Assembly (NCBI GenBank): GCA_030529015.1
Contig: JAUMXT010000001.1
Span: 1-46,057, forward strand
Length of the DNA stretch: 46,057 bases
Source of the DNA: Bacillota bacterium
GTDB taxonomy: Bacteria; Bacillota; Clostridia; Peptostreptococcales; Anaerovoracaceae
Direction of reading: 5' to 3'
A program made the position numbers and the translations under genes. The notes beneath the pieces were generated by a model. The model had not been told where the DNA came from, made no database searches, and saw only the letters and a program-made list of their open reading frames with translations. Positions 9,070-20,154 of the stretch are shown one piece after another. How positions within the stretch are numbered: position 1 is the stretch's first letter; each line of letters opens with the position of its first letter.

Positions 9070-9987
9070 ATGAATATCGTAATTTTTGATGGTTATACCA
9101 TTAACCCGGGCGACCTTTCCTGGGATAAAATCGATGCACTTTGTGACAGACTTACAGTCTTCGATGCCACACCTATGGATAAGGCTCTTTCAAGACTCGG
9201 AGACAGCGAGATTTTATTTACCAGCAAATGCCCTATCACAAGAGATTTTATGGAAAAAGCTCCAAATTTAAAATACATCGGTTGTACTGCCACAGGCTAT
9301 AACAATATCGATGTACGTGCCGCTGCAGATTTAGGCATAGCAGTAACGAATGTTCCTGCTTATTCAACAGACGCAGTAGCGCAGCACACCATCTCATTGA
9401 TGCTGGAGCTGGCAAATAATGTAGGTCTTCACAACGAATCTGTCCAGCAAGGTCAGTGGTTCGAAAGCAAGTATTTCTGTTATTGGAAAAAGCCTATAAC
9501 ACTTCTTACAGGAAAATCTCTCGGTATCATAGGCTACGGAGCTATCGGCAAACGTGTTGCGGAGATAGCTAAAGCCCTAGGCATGACAGTAAACATTTAC
9601 AGAGAAGATCCCGTTGGTACTATGAAATCCGATTTCGTATCTCTTCACTGCCCTCTCACATCAGAAAACGAGAAGATGGTGAACACACAGTTCCTGGTTA
9701 ATATGAAGCCGGGATCATATCTTATCAATACGGCCAGAGGCCAGCTGGTGGACGAACGCGCCCTGGCAGATGCCCTCAAGGCAGGATTTATAAAAGGTGC
9801 AGCTTTGGATGTGCTGGCGCAAGAGCCGCCTTCAAGAGACTGTCCTCTCATCGGACTTGAAAACTGCATCATAACGCCTCATATGGCTTGGGCTCCGGTT
9901 GAAATGCGTCAGTCCGTAATAGACACGCTGGCAGATAATCTGAAGGCGTGGATGGACGGCCGTTGGGTCAATAGAGTAGATCTTTAA
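9070..9987 (+). CDS. D-2-hydroxyacid dehydrogenase (glycerate dehydrogenase/hydroxypyruvate reductase-like)
   Basis: NPGDLSW, ATGYNNID, GYGAIG, LHCPLT, INTARG, TPHMAW. ATG at 9070 follows GGAGG. Confidence 0.85.
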   Translation: MNIVIFDGYTINPGDLSWDKIDALCDRLTVFDATPMDKALSRLGDSEILFTSKCPITRDFMEKAPNLKYIGCTATGYNNIDVRAAADLGIAVTNVPAYSTDAVAQHTISLMLELANNVGLHNESVQQGQWFESKYFCYWKKPITLLTGKSLGIIGYGAIGKRVAEIAKALGMTVNIYREDPVGTMKSDFVSLHCPLTSENEKMVNTQFLVNMKPGSYLINTARGQLVDERALADALKAGFIKGAALDVLAQEPPSRDCPLIGLENCIITPHMAWAPVEMRQSVIDTLADNLKAWMDGRWVNRVDL

Positions 9988-10011
9988 TATATTTTAGGAG
10001 GAATCATAACA

Positions 10012-11286
10012 ATGAAACACAGAATTCTGGCTCTGCTTCCGTTTTTTGTCTTCCTTGTATTCTTCGCAGGTGCCGGTATCATAAGCGGTGACTTCTATGC
10101 TATGCCAGCGTACGTAGCATTCATCATAGCACTGTTTATAGCTTTCCTGCAGAACCGCAAGGTTTCATTTGACGAGAAGCTTAAAATCGTTGCAAAAGGA
10201 ACAGGAGATGTTAACATCATCACAATGGTGCTGATCTTCCTCGTTGCCGGAGCATTCTCAGGCGTTGTATCTGCCGCAGGCGGAGTAGAAAGTACTGTAA
10301 ACATGGGGCTTTCCTTCCTGCCGCCTCATATGATGGTAGTTGGCCTGTTCGTGATCGGATGCTTCATTTCACTATCCATGGGTACATCAGTAGGTACAGT
10401 TACAGCTCTGGCTCCTATCGCTCTGGGTGTTGCTACTCAGACAGGAATCCCTGTAACACTTTGTGCAGGCGCTGTAGTATGCGGTGCTATGTTTGGTGAT
10501 AACTTATCAATCATCTCAGATACTACTATCGCTGCCGTTAGAACACAGGGCTGTGAAATGAGAGATAAGTTCAAGCAGAACTTCTTCATCGTACTTCCGG
10601 CAGCTATCATCACTCTGCTGCTGTTCTTCTTCACAAGCAGAGGAATCGAAGCAACTGCAGAAGTAGGCGCATGGAACTTTATCGAAGTTGTTCCTTATCT
10701 CGTAGTTCTCATTGGAGCACTTGCAGGACTCAACGTATTCTTGGTTCTCTTTATCGGAATCATCCTTTCCATGATCGTCGGCATCACAGGCGGCGCATTC
10801 ACATTCATGGAAAGCTTCGGAATCATCGGACAGGGAATGACAGGAATGTTCGAAATTTCCATCATCTCCATCATCGTGGCATGCATGATATCTCTGATTC
10901 GTGAAAACGGCGGTATCACCCTCATCATCGAAACTATCGAAAAGACAGTTAAGGGCAAGCGCGGAGCTGAACTCGGTATCGGTATCCTCGTACTGCTGGT
11001 AGACCTGTGCACTGCTAACAATACCGTAGCTATCGTTATGGCAGGTCCTGTAGCAAGAGATATCGCTGACAAATTCGGTGTAGACCGCAGAAGATCCGCT
11101 TCAATTCTGGACATCTTCGCATCAGTGGGACAGGGACTCATCCCTTACGGCGCTCAGCTGCTGACAGCTGCGGCACTGGTTGGTATTTCACCACTCGAGC
11201 TGATCCCTAACCTTTATTATCCGATACTGATGCTGGTATGCGTTCTGCTGTTCATATTCTTCAGACCGCAGAAAGATAACAAATAA
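10012..11286 (+). CDS. NhaC-family Na+/H+ antiporter-like transporter (probably an amino acid transporter)
   Basis: About 11 hydrophobic segments; SMGTSVGT, GAMFGDNLSIISDTT, ANNTVAI, PYGAQ. Confidence 0.85.
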   Translation: MKHRILALLPFFVFLVFFAGAGIISGDFYAMPAYVAFIIALFIAFLQNRKVSFDEKLKIVAKGTGDVNIITMVLIFLVAGAFSGVVSAAGGVESTVNMGLSFLPPHMMVVGLFVIGCFISLSMGTSVGTVTALAPIALGVATQTGIPVTLCAGAVVCGAMFGDNLSIISDTTIAAVRTQGCEMRDKFKQNFFIVLPAAIITLLLFFFTSRGIEATAEVGAWNFIEVVPYLVVLIGALAGLNVFLVLFIGIILSMIVGITGGAFTFMESFGIIGQGMTGMFEISIISIIVACMISLIRENGGITLIIETIEKTVKGKRGAELGIGILVLLVDLCTANNTVAIVMAGPVARDIADKFGVDRRRSASILDIFASVGQGLIPYGAQLLTAAALVGISPLELIPNLYYPILMLVCVLLFIFFRPQKDNK

Positions 11287-11291
11287 TTCAC

Positions 11292-11353
11292 AAAAAAATA
11301 GAACCTCGGGAAAGCTCGCACCTTTAGTGCTCAAACAGTTCCCGAGGTTTTTT
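11292..11353 (-). repeat. Second copy of the structured element centred at 4974-5035; probable bidirectional terminator function
   Basis: Reverse complement AAAACCTCGGGAACTGTTTGAGCACTAAAGGTGCGAGCTTTCCCGAGGTTCTATTTTTTT aligns with 4974-5034. Confidence 0.7.
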
Positions 11354-11492
11354 GTTTTCTTAAACGGCATTGAGGTTATAGAGCATCTGCCTCTTCTGCC
11401 GACAGTCTTTGCCAGTTTGCTGAGTTCTTTAAAATGACAACTATTACAAAATAATTCCCCTTATTTCCTCAAATACTGCAAAATATGACAAT

Positions 11493-11546
11493 AAAAAAAA
11501 GAGCCCTATAGCTCGAGGCAAATTGCATCCTCTCGCAATGGCTCTT
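11493..11546 (-). terminator. Probable intrinsic terminator of the csp gene
   Basis: AGAGCC...GGCTCT stem followed by a T8 tract on the minus strand. Confidence 0.55.
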
Positions 11547-11593
11547 GTTCTGTCAGTAAATATACTCCCCAATATTTACCTATCGGATTTAAT

Positions 11594-11806
11594 TTACAGT
11601 GGTGTAACGTTAATCGCTCTCAGCTTTTCGCTGTTTTTAGGATCCGGTTCTGTTTCGTAAGTAACTTTCTGGCCTTCAGCAAGAGTCTTAAACCCATCAA
11701 TATTTATAGCCGAGAAGTGTACAAATACATCTTCACCCAGTTCGTCATCACAGATAAAACCAAAGCCTTTGTCAGGATTGAACCACTTTACAGTACCGTT
11801 CTTCAT
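11594..11806 (-). CDS. cspA: Cold-shock domain protein (CspA family)
   Basis: GTVKWFN, RNP1 KGFGFI, RNP2 DVFVHFS. Confidence 0.95.
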   Translation of the reverse strand: MKNGTVKWFNPDKGFGFICDDELGEDVFVHFSAINIDGFKTLAEGQKVTYETEPDPKNSEKLRAINVTPL

Positions 11807-12017
11807 TCTCTACTACCTCCATACTACTAACTGTAAATCACTGTCGCTTCATACCATCCTAAAAAAAAATCACATGTTCCTGTATATCACCTGCTTTAAA
11901 CGGGCTCAACAAAAACATGTGAAGTCTTTCTTATTTTAGATACAACGTAATTCTAGCATACATTATCATTAAAGTAAAGCTAATTGTTTCACTTTAGTGT
12001 AGTATCATTCTACCTTA

Positions 12018-13975
<1,958 letters not shown>

Positions 13976-14042
13976 TTACATTTTAAAGGGTTTGCTTCGG
14001 CGACCTGTTACAGCCCCGTCTCTGCCCTTCGTTTCCTCTTTG

Positions 14043-14069
14043 TTAGCACTCGACATTTATGAGTGCTAA
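14043..14069. promoter_or_regulatory. CIRCE element (HrcA operator) for groESL
   Basis: Perfect TTAGCACTC-N9-GAGTGCTAA just downstream of the -10. Confidence 0.97.
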
Positions 14070-14073
14070 ATAT

Positions 14074-14102
14074 AATTTACAGCCATTATGACTGTTTGTC
14101 AA
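14074..14102 (-). promoter_or_regulatory. SigA promoter of groESL
   Basis: TTGACA-N17-TAAATT on the minus strand. Confidence 0.75.
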
Positions 14103-14110
14103 CCGCTTTT

Positions 14111-14995
14111 TCACTTTTTCTCGTGTGTTATATAATAGAACAGATATTGCTGTGCTATGCCACCCAGTTCGCCAAAATTTTCTGCCGCAAAATCCGCCAT
14201 TTTCTTCATATCGTTCTCATCGATACCATACATCGTATTCATCACTTTCCTTACCCATACGTCGATCGGAAAGCAATTAAACTTTCTCATAGCGAAAAGC
14301 GCAATGCAGTTTGCCACCTTAGGTCCGACACCGCTGTAAGTTTTAAGAGCTTCACACGTTTCCTCCGCGGAAAGTTCACAGCCGCTGAGCTTTTCGAGGC
14401 TTTCTATGCCTTCGGCGCATACTTTGCCGGCAGTATCTATCAAGTATTTGGCCCTATATCCCAATCTGCACGGAGCCAAATCTTCTACGGTGGCTTTGGC
14501 AAGCACCTCAGCTGTCGGCAAGCTGTACCAGCTTCTGCCTTCAAAATCCCCTACATATTCTCCCAGGGTTTCCGCCAAAGAGTTTATGCACTTCTTGATC
14601 CTGGGGATGTTATTGTTCTGTGAAATGATAAAAGAAATGAGAGTTTCCCATTTCTCCTGATTCAGTATTCTGATCCCCTGCCCGAAGTTTATGGCTTCTT
14701 TTATGACGGGATCCCTAGCAGCTAACGTTTCCTTTATTTCAGAGTAATCTCTGTTAAGGTCCAGGTAGTCTCTCCATATTTCCTCAAAATCCTTCTCTGT
14801 AGACCCGTGTATCATAAGAAGAGATTCTTCCTTATCATAAGCTACTCTGGCTATCTTGCCAAACGCTATGCCTGTATAGCTGCCGTCATCATTTCTTTCC
14901 CACCTGAAGCATTGTCCGCAGTCAAATATATGGTCTGTGTCAAAATCTTTAACGCCTTTTATATAAACCGTACCGTTACTGCTGCTTACTACCAT
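14111..14995 (-). CDS. ogg: 8-oxoguanine DNA glycosylase (OGG1-like, HhH-GPD)
   Basis: FDCGQCFRW, SFIISQNNNIPRI, LGYRAKY, GVGPKVANC, FPIDVW. Confidence 0.9.
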   Translation of the reverse strand: MVVSSSNGTVYIKGVKDFDTDHIFDCGQCFRWERNDDGSYTGIAFGKIARVAYDKEESLLMIHGSTEKDFEEIWRDYLDLNRDYSEIKETLAARDPVIKEAINFGQGIRILNQEKWETLISFIISQNNNIPRIKKCINSLAETLGEYVGDFEGRSWYSLPTAEVLAKATVEDLAPCRLGYRAKYLIDTAGKVCAEGIESLEKLSGCELSAEETCEALKTYSGVGPKVANCIALFAMRKFNCFPIDVWVRKVMNTMYGIDENDMKKMADFAAENFGELGGIAQQYLFYYITHEKK

Positions 14996-15801
14996 ATTAT
15001 GTCCTTCACCTCCAGGTCCAGTCTGTTGATGTTGAACGCAGTCATTTCTTCAATTTTGCTCACCACATTTTTCTGAAACTCCTTGGCTGTATCTGACAGA
15101 GGTGCCCCGAATTTAAAATTGACTGTAAGGAAAATATCCATACCCTCCTGTACAGGATGTATCGCTACCTTTGTCACTTCATAAACGCCTGCAGATTCAG
15201 TCTTGACACATTCCACTATGTCTCCCATTACCTTTTCTGAGATTTTATATTCACCCAGGTAACTATATGTAGGTCTTACAACAGATTTTTCGGACATATC
15301 CTTCCACGAAGAGCCCAGTTCCCTAATAAGAATTCTCATAGGGAGCATGAAGTATCCCGAAAACTGTCTTTTGAGCTGGAATGTCGGTGCAGGGATTACA
15401 TGCTGACCCATTTCTTCACGATGCTTTTTCGCCAGATTTCTGTCTTCCTCCGTAGTTATATCTTCAATATATATACGCTTATTGATCTTCGGAAGTTCAA
15501 GCCTCTTTACTATTCTGTCCACCATACCGTCAGAAGTACCTATTATCAGAATAGAAGATGGCTTTATCTTCTTTATCTTGTCTCGCACCTCCACCATATG
15601 AGACTCATCATTAAACAAAGCTGTTTTTACCGCCCCGACCTTAGTCGGCTGTCTTTTGGCAGAAACCCCCGCCATGACCTTGTTGCGGCATATAAAGAGC
15701 CCGTCATCGATTATACTTTCTATATTAAGTTCTTTACATAGGTTTACTGCTTGGAAGCTTTTTCCCGTTCCGCTTTTACCTATCAACCCATAAACTTTCA
15801 T
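14989..15801 (-). CDS. P-loop domain fused to an Asp23/Gls24-like C-terminal domain
   Basis: GKSGTGKS Walker A and IIDDGL at the N-terminus. The C-terminus (FQKNVVSKIEEMTAFNINRLDLEV) resembles Asp23/Gls24. Confidence 0.7.
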   Translation of the reverse strand: MKVYGLIGKSGTGKSFQAVNLCKELNIESIIDDGLFICRNKVMAGVSAKRQPTKVGAVKTALFNDESHMVEVRDKIKKIKPSSILIIGTSDGMVDRIVKRLELPKINKRIYIEDITTEEDRNLAKKHREEMGQHVIPAPTFQLKRQFSGYFMLPMRILIRELGSSWKDMSEKSVVRPTYSYLGEYKISEKVMGDIVECVKTESAGVYEVTKVAIHPVQEGMDIFLTVNFKFGAPLSDTAKEFQKNVVSKIEEMTAFNINRLDLEVKDIIW

Positions 15802-15871
15802 CTTGAATTCCCTCTAAAGGTTTGCTATAATCAATTTGTCGTTTAATAAAAATCTTAAAGGAGGTACTGTA

Positions 15872-16042
15872 ATGGCTTATAAAATCACTGATGCTTGCAT
15901 TTCATGTGGAGCTTGCGCTGGCGAATGCCCTGTAGGTGCTATCGCTGAAGGCGATGGTCAGTATGTAATCGATGCTAACTCATGCATCGACTGTGGCGCT
16001 TGCACTGGAGCTTGCCCAACAGATGCTATCATCGAAGGCTAA
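15872..16042 (+). CDS. fdx: 2[4Fe-4S] clostridial-type ferredoxin
   Basis: Two CxxCxxCxxxCP motifs; ATG after AAGGAGG. Confidence 0.97.
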   Translation: MAYKITDACISCGACAGECPVGAIAEGDGQYVIDANSCIDCGACTGACPTDAIIEG

Positions 16043-16065
16043 TTACAAGCATATATCAAAAGATA

Positions 16066-16103
16066 ATTAATAACCGTTTCATTATGAAACGGTTATTTAA
16101 TTT
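16066..16103. terminator. Bidirectional terminator between fdx and rex
   Basis: AATAACCGTTTCAT-T-ATGAAACGGTTATT palindrome. Confidence 0.7.
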
Positions 16104-16107
16104 TTAT

Positions 16108-16764
16108 TTAGTTTTGCTTGTCAATTTCCTCACTGGCGATTTTATTCATATGATATGCCAGAGAATGCAGGCTGTCACTAATATGCATGTTTTCAATCGC
16201 TATATGGTTAGGTGTTTCGATATCTACCGGAGCGAAGTTCCATAAACCTCTCACACCTGCAAAACACAGCTTATCAGCTACTTCCTGCGCAGCATCCTTA
16301 GTAGTGCATATTATTCCTATATCGATATTATTTTCTTCAACGTACTCAACTATCTTCTCATAATCCATAACTTCGATGTCATTTATCTTAACACCGATGA
16401 GATTAGGATCGATTTCGAAAATACCGCTTACTATGAATCCCGCCTTATAGTAGTAAGTATGTTTAGCTATTGCCTGTCCCAGATTGCCTGCTCCTACTAT
16501 AACCATCTTATACTGTTTATCCAGTCCCAGAATCGCACTGATTTCATTATAAAGCCCACAGACACTGTAGCCGTATCCCTGCTGACCGAATCCTCCGAAG
16601 TTGTTCAGATCCTGTCTTATCTGAGATGCTGTATAGCCTATGAGCCTGCTGAATTCATTTGAAGATATTTTGTCGACTCCCTTTTTTCGTAATTCCTTGA
16701 GATATCTGCGATAACGCGGAAGTCTCCTGATCACGGCATTGGATATCTTGGCCTGCTTAGTCAT
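16108..16764 (-). CDS. rex: Redox-sensing transcriptional repressor Rex
   Basis: IRRLPRYRRYL, SQIRQDL, FGQQGYGY, GAGNLG, WNFAP. Confidence 0.97.
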   Translation of the reverse strand: MTKQAKISNAVIRRLPRYRRYLKELRKKGVDKISSNEFSRLIGYTASQIRQDLNNFGGFGQQGYGYSVCGLYNEISAILGLDKQYKMVIVGAGNLGQAIAKHTYYYKAGFIVSGIFEIDPNLIGVKINDIEVMDYEKIVEYVEENNIDIGIICTTKDAAQEVADKLCFAGVRGLWNFAPVDIETPNHIAIENMHISDSLHSLAYHMNKIASEEIDKQN

Positions 16765-16780
16765 CGTTCTTCCTTCTTAT

Positions 16781-17008
16781 TTATGCCTTAGCTTCTACGT
16801 AGCTTACGATGTCACTTACAGTCTGGAACTTTTCAGCATCTTCATCAGGAACTTCGATATCGAATTCATCTTCGATAGCCATGATGATTTCTACTGCGTC
16901 CAGTGAATCAGCTTCCAGATCCTTCATCAGATGAGTGTCCATCTTGATAGCATCTTCTTCTACTCCCAGCTGTTCAGCGATGATTCCTTTGATTTTGTCA
17001 AATGTCAT
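16781..17008 (-). CDS. acpP: Acyl carrier protein
   Basis: DLEADSLDAVE phosphopantetheine motif; ATG at 17008 after GGAGG. Confidence 0.97.
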   Translation of the reverse strand: MTFDKIKGIIAEQLGVEEDAIKMDTHLMKDLEADSLDAVEIIMAIEDEFDIEVPDEDAEKFQTVSDIVSYVEAKA

Positions 17009-17085
17009 GATATATACCTCCATAAAAAATATCATTTTCATAATCTATGATTGGCAAAGCTTAGCAACTTTGACAATTCTTAATT

Positions 17086-17114
17086 ATTATAGAGCAGACA
17101 TATATTTATTGCAA
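17086..17114 (-). promoter_or_regulatory. SigA promoter of acpP-rex
   Basis: TTGCAA-N17-TATAAT on the minus strand. Confidence 0.7.
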
Positions 17115-17129
17115 TACCCAAAAAAATTT

Positions 17130-17146
17130 ATTTTGATAGTCAAAGT
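17130..17146. promoter_or_regulatory. Candidate FabT-type (MarR family) operator upstream of acpP
   Basis: Palindrome ATTTTGA-TAG-TCAAAGT (TTTGA-N3-TCAAA) just upstream of the -35. Confidence 0.5.
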
Positions 17147-17151
17147 GTTTT

Positions 17152-19116
17152 TTATTCCTGCAGTTCCAGCCAAGCCTCATACTTGTCTTCAAGCTGCAGC
17201 TTTTTTTCGTTTAATTCAGTGCCCAATGCTGCCAATTTAACGTGATCGGTAGCATTCTCCACCTTGCAAAGCTCGCTCTCTATCTCTGCAATTTCCTCTT
17301 CCAGCTGCGCTATTTCTTTTTCCAAAGTTTCCTTTTGTCTCTTGGTACGTCTTTCTTCTGCTTCTTTTTCCTTTTGGAGTCTTCTTTTCTCTGCCGAAGA
17401 AAGTTCCCCAAAGGCATCAGCTTCCCTAAGGCTTGCCCCTGCATCACCTGATGCAGTGCCCTTTGCAGAAAGCTCATTAAGGTATTTCTTACCGGACTCT
17501 ATCTGCTGCTTTTTCTCTACATAATAGTCATATGCGCCCAGATAGTTTTCCATGCCTTCCGAGGTCAGCTCCATGATCCTCGTAGGAATCTTGTTGAGGA
17601 AATATCTGTCGTGGGATACGATTATGCATGTTCCCGGGAAGTCCAGGAGGGCTTCTTCGAAGACTTCTTTTGATTCGATGTCCAGATGGTTTGTCGGTTC
17701 GTCAAGGATCAGCACGTTGGACCCCGACATCATAAGTTTCAGAAGCGACAGTCGTGCCTTTTCACCTCCGGAAAGTGCACCAACCTGCAGAAATACCGAT
17801 TCACCCCTGAAAAGGAATCTTCCGAGTATATTTCTAAGTTCTCCCTCCGTATACAGTCTGTATGCGTCGTGAAGTTCTTCTATAACGGTATTAGCGTTGT
17901 TAAGCAGCAGCTGTCCCTGATCGTAGTATCCGATCTGCACATTGTGACCGATTTTTATTCGTCCGGTGTTAGATACCGAATCTCCCATAAGAAGCTTCAG
18001 CAGCGTCGTTTTACCGATGCCGTTGGCACCCACGATACAAACTCTTTCGCCTCGCTTTATGTCGATATCCACGCCCGAGAAAAGATCTTTTCGTCTTGAG
18101 CCATAGCCGAAGCTCTTGCTCAGGTCCTCTGCCATGATTACATCCTTGCCGCTTTGGAAGTTCTCCTTAAAGCTAAGCTTCATCTTGCCGTGAGTTGCGC
18201 CCGGCTTATCGGAAAGTTCCATTGCCGACAGCCTTTTTTCTCTTGATGCCGCTCTCTTGGCAAGCTTTTCGGTACCGTGCTGCTTAAATCTTCGAATCAT
18301 TTCTTCCTGACGGTCTATTTCTTTCTTCTGTTTTTCATATTTCCTCAGTTCAGCTTCTCTGCGGTTCTTTCTCTCCACAGCATAAAAGCTGTAGCTGCCT
18401 TCATATATAGTCAGTTTATGATTATCGATCTCAAATATCCTATTGACCGTTTCGTCCAGAAAATATCTGTCGTGGGAAACTACCACTATAGTTCCCTTGT
18501 AGTTTTTCAAATACTGCTCGAGCCACTTGAGTGTACCTATATCCAGATGGTTGGTAGGTTCGTCCAGGAAGAGTATGTCGGGTTTTTTGAGGAGCAGGCA
18601 CGCCAGTGCCAATCTGGTCTTTTCCCCGCCTGAAAGCGTCGATATTCGCTTATTATAGCTATCTTCTCTAAAGGCCATGCTTGTAAGGACGCCCGTGATC
18701 TCGCTTTTGTATGTATACCCGCCTTCAGCCTTGTACTGCTCCTGCAGAGCATCGTATCTTTCTAAAAGCTTATGGTCTTCAACGTTTTCCTGTATTTGAC
18801 TTAGCAGGTTTTCCATTTCTCGTTCCATCTTAGGGAATTTGCTGAAAATCGCTTCAACTTCTTCGATAACTGTTTTGTCCGAGTCGAATCCGCTGTCCTG
18901 CTTAAGGTAGCCTATCTGAGTATCCGCTGCAATAAAAAACTCCCCGGATTCACAGCTCATTTCCCCCGCAAGCATCTTAAGAAGAGTAGTCTTGCCGGCA
19001 CCGTTTATACCGATTATCCCTACTCTGTCTCCACCGTTGATATGAAACGAAACCTTGTCTAAAATCACATCAGTGCCATATGCTTTTGTCAGTTCTTTCG
19101 CTGATACTACTATCAT
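17152..19116 (-). CDS. ABC-F family ATPase (YdiF-like)
   Basis: Two NBDs (GINGAGKT and GANGIGKT; LSGGEK; LDEPTNHLD), no TM segments, C-terminal coiled coil. Confidence 0.92.
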   Translation of the reverse strand: MIVVSAKELTKAYGTDVILDKVSFHINGGDRVGIIGINGAGKTTLLKMLAGEMSCESGEFFIAADTQIGYLKQDSGFDSDKTVIEEVEAIFSKFPKMEREMENLLSQIQENVEDHKLLERYDALQEQYKAEGGYTYKSEITGVLTSMAFREDSYNKRISTLSGGEKTRLALACLLLKKPDILFLDEPTNHLDIGTLKWLEQYLKNYKGTIVVVSHDRYFLDETVNRIFEIDNHKLTIYEGSYSFYAVERKNRREAELRKYEKQKKEIDRQEEMIRRFKQHGTEKLAKRAASREKRLSAMELSDKPGATHGKMKLSFKENFQSGKDVIMAEDLSKSFGYGSRRKDLFSGVDIDIKRGERVCIVGANGIGKTTLLKLLMGDSVSNTGRIKIGHNVQIGYYDQGQLLLNNANTVIEELHDAYRLYTEGELRNILGRFLFRGESVFLQVGALSGGEKARLSLLKLMMSGSNVLILDEPTNHLDIESKEVFEEALLDFPGTCIIVSHDRYFLNKIPTRIMELTSEGMENYLGAYDYYVEKKQQIESGKKYLNELSAKGTASGDAGASLREADAFGELSSAEKRRLQKEKEAEERRTKRQKETLEKEIAQLEEEIAEIESELCKVENATDHVKLAALGTELNEKKLQLEDKYEAWLELQE

Positions 19117-19137
19117 TTATTCCTCTGGATATGTATT

Positions 19138-20154
19138 TTATAGTTTAAGATTAGGAATGGCATCAAGTGTAAGGTCGTCTCTTTCACCTGCCACGTATCT
19201 GTAATATGCGGCACATCCTATCATAGCCGCATTGTCTGTGCAAAGCACAGGTGATGGGTAATAAAGCTTTATTCCCTTCTTCTCGCACTCTTTCTTGAGC
19301 ATTTCTCTCAGCATGCTGTTGGATGCAACTCCCCCCGCCAACACGATTTTATCCTTGCCCATATCGACTGCCGCACCTACTGTCTTGGCAACAATCACAT
19401 CGAGCACTGCAGCCTGAAAGCTTGCTGCTACATCCGCAACATTGATCTCTCTTCCTGCCTGTTTTTCCGAATTTATGTAGTTGAGCACGCCGGTCTTTAT
19501 GCCACTGAAGCTAAAGTCGAGACTGCCCTTTTCGAGAAATACTCTCTTAAATTCAACCGCCTCAGGATTACCTTCACGTGCTATCTTGTCTATGAGCGGG
19601 CCTCCCGGATATCCAAGCCCGAGAACTCTTGCCACCTTATCGTAGGCTTCTCCCGCCGCATCATCCCTCGTTCCGCCGAGCACTCTGCACGTATTATAAT
19701 CTTCGACCTCTACGATATTGGTATGGCCTCCCGATATTACCAACGCCATGAACGGAGGTTCAAGCTCCTTATGTTCTATGTAATTGGCGCATATATGTCC
19801 GTGGATATGATGAACACCTATAAGAGGCTTGTCTGCAGCCAGGGCATACGCCTTCGCTGTAGCAAGTCCGATCAGAAGAGCGCCCACAAGCCCCGGACCG
19901 TATGTCACACCTATAAGATCGATTTCGTCGAGGCTTACTCCCGCTTCCTCGATAGCCTGATCCACCACCGTATTCACGTTGTTAAGGTGATGACGCGAAG
20001 CGATTTCGGGAACTACTCCGCCGTACTGCTTATGTATATCTATCTGTGATGAGATGATATTGCTGAGAACATCTCTTCCTTCTGATATCACTGCCGCCGC
20101 AGTCTCATCACAGCTTGATTCTATTGCTAATGTTAAAATCTTTCCGTCTTTCAT
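19138..20154 (-). CDS. tsaD: tRNA threonylcarbamoyltransferase TsaD
   Basis: [39 protein letters not shown]. Confidence 0.97.
   Translation of the reverse strand: MKDGKILTLAIESSCDETAAAVISEGRDVLSNIISSQIDIHKQYGGVVPEIASRHHLNNVNTVVDQAIEEAGVSLDEIDLIGVTYGPGLVGALLIGLATAKAYALAADKPLIGVHHIHGHICANYIEHKELEPPFMALVISGGHTNIVEVEDYNTCRVLGGTRDDAAGEAYDKVARVLGLGYPGGPLIDKIAREGNPEAVEFKRVFLEKGSLDFSFSGIKTGVLNYINSEKQAGREINVADVAASFQAAVLDVIVAKTVGAAVDMGKDKIVLAGGVASNSMLREMLKKECEKKGIKLYYPSPVLCTDNAAMIGCAAYYRYVAGERDDLTLDAIPNLKL

Noticed and set aside
11360-11480. SAM or other riboswitch, or a small ORF, between the NhaC-family gene and csp
   Set aside because: No S-box consensus, and the position is 3' of both genes. The open frames lack a convincing start and RBS.
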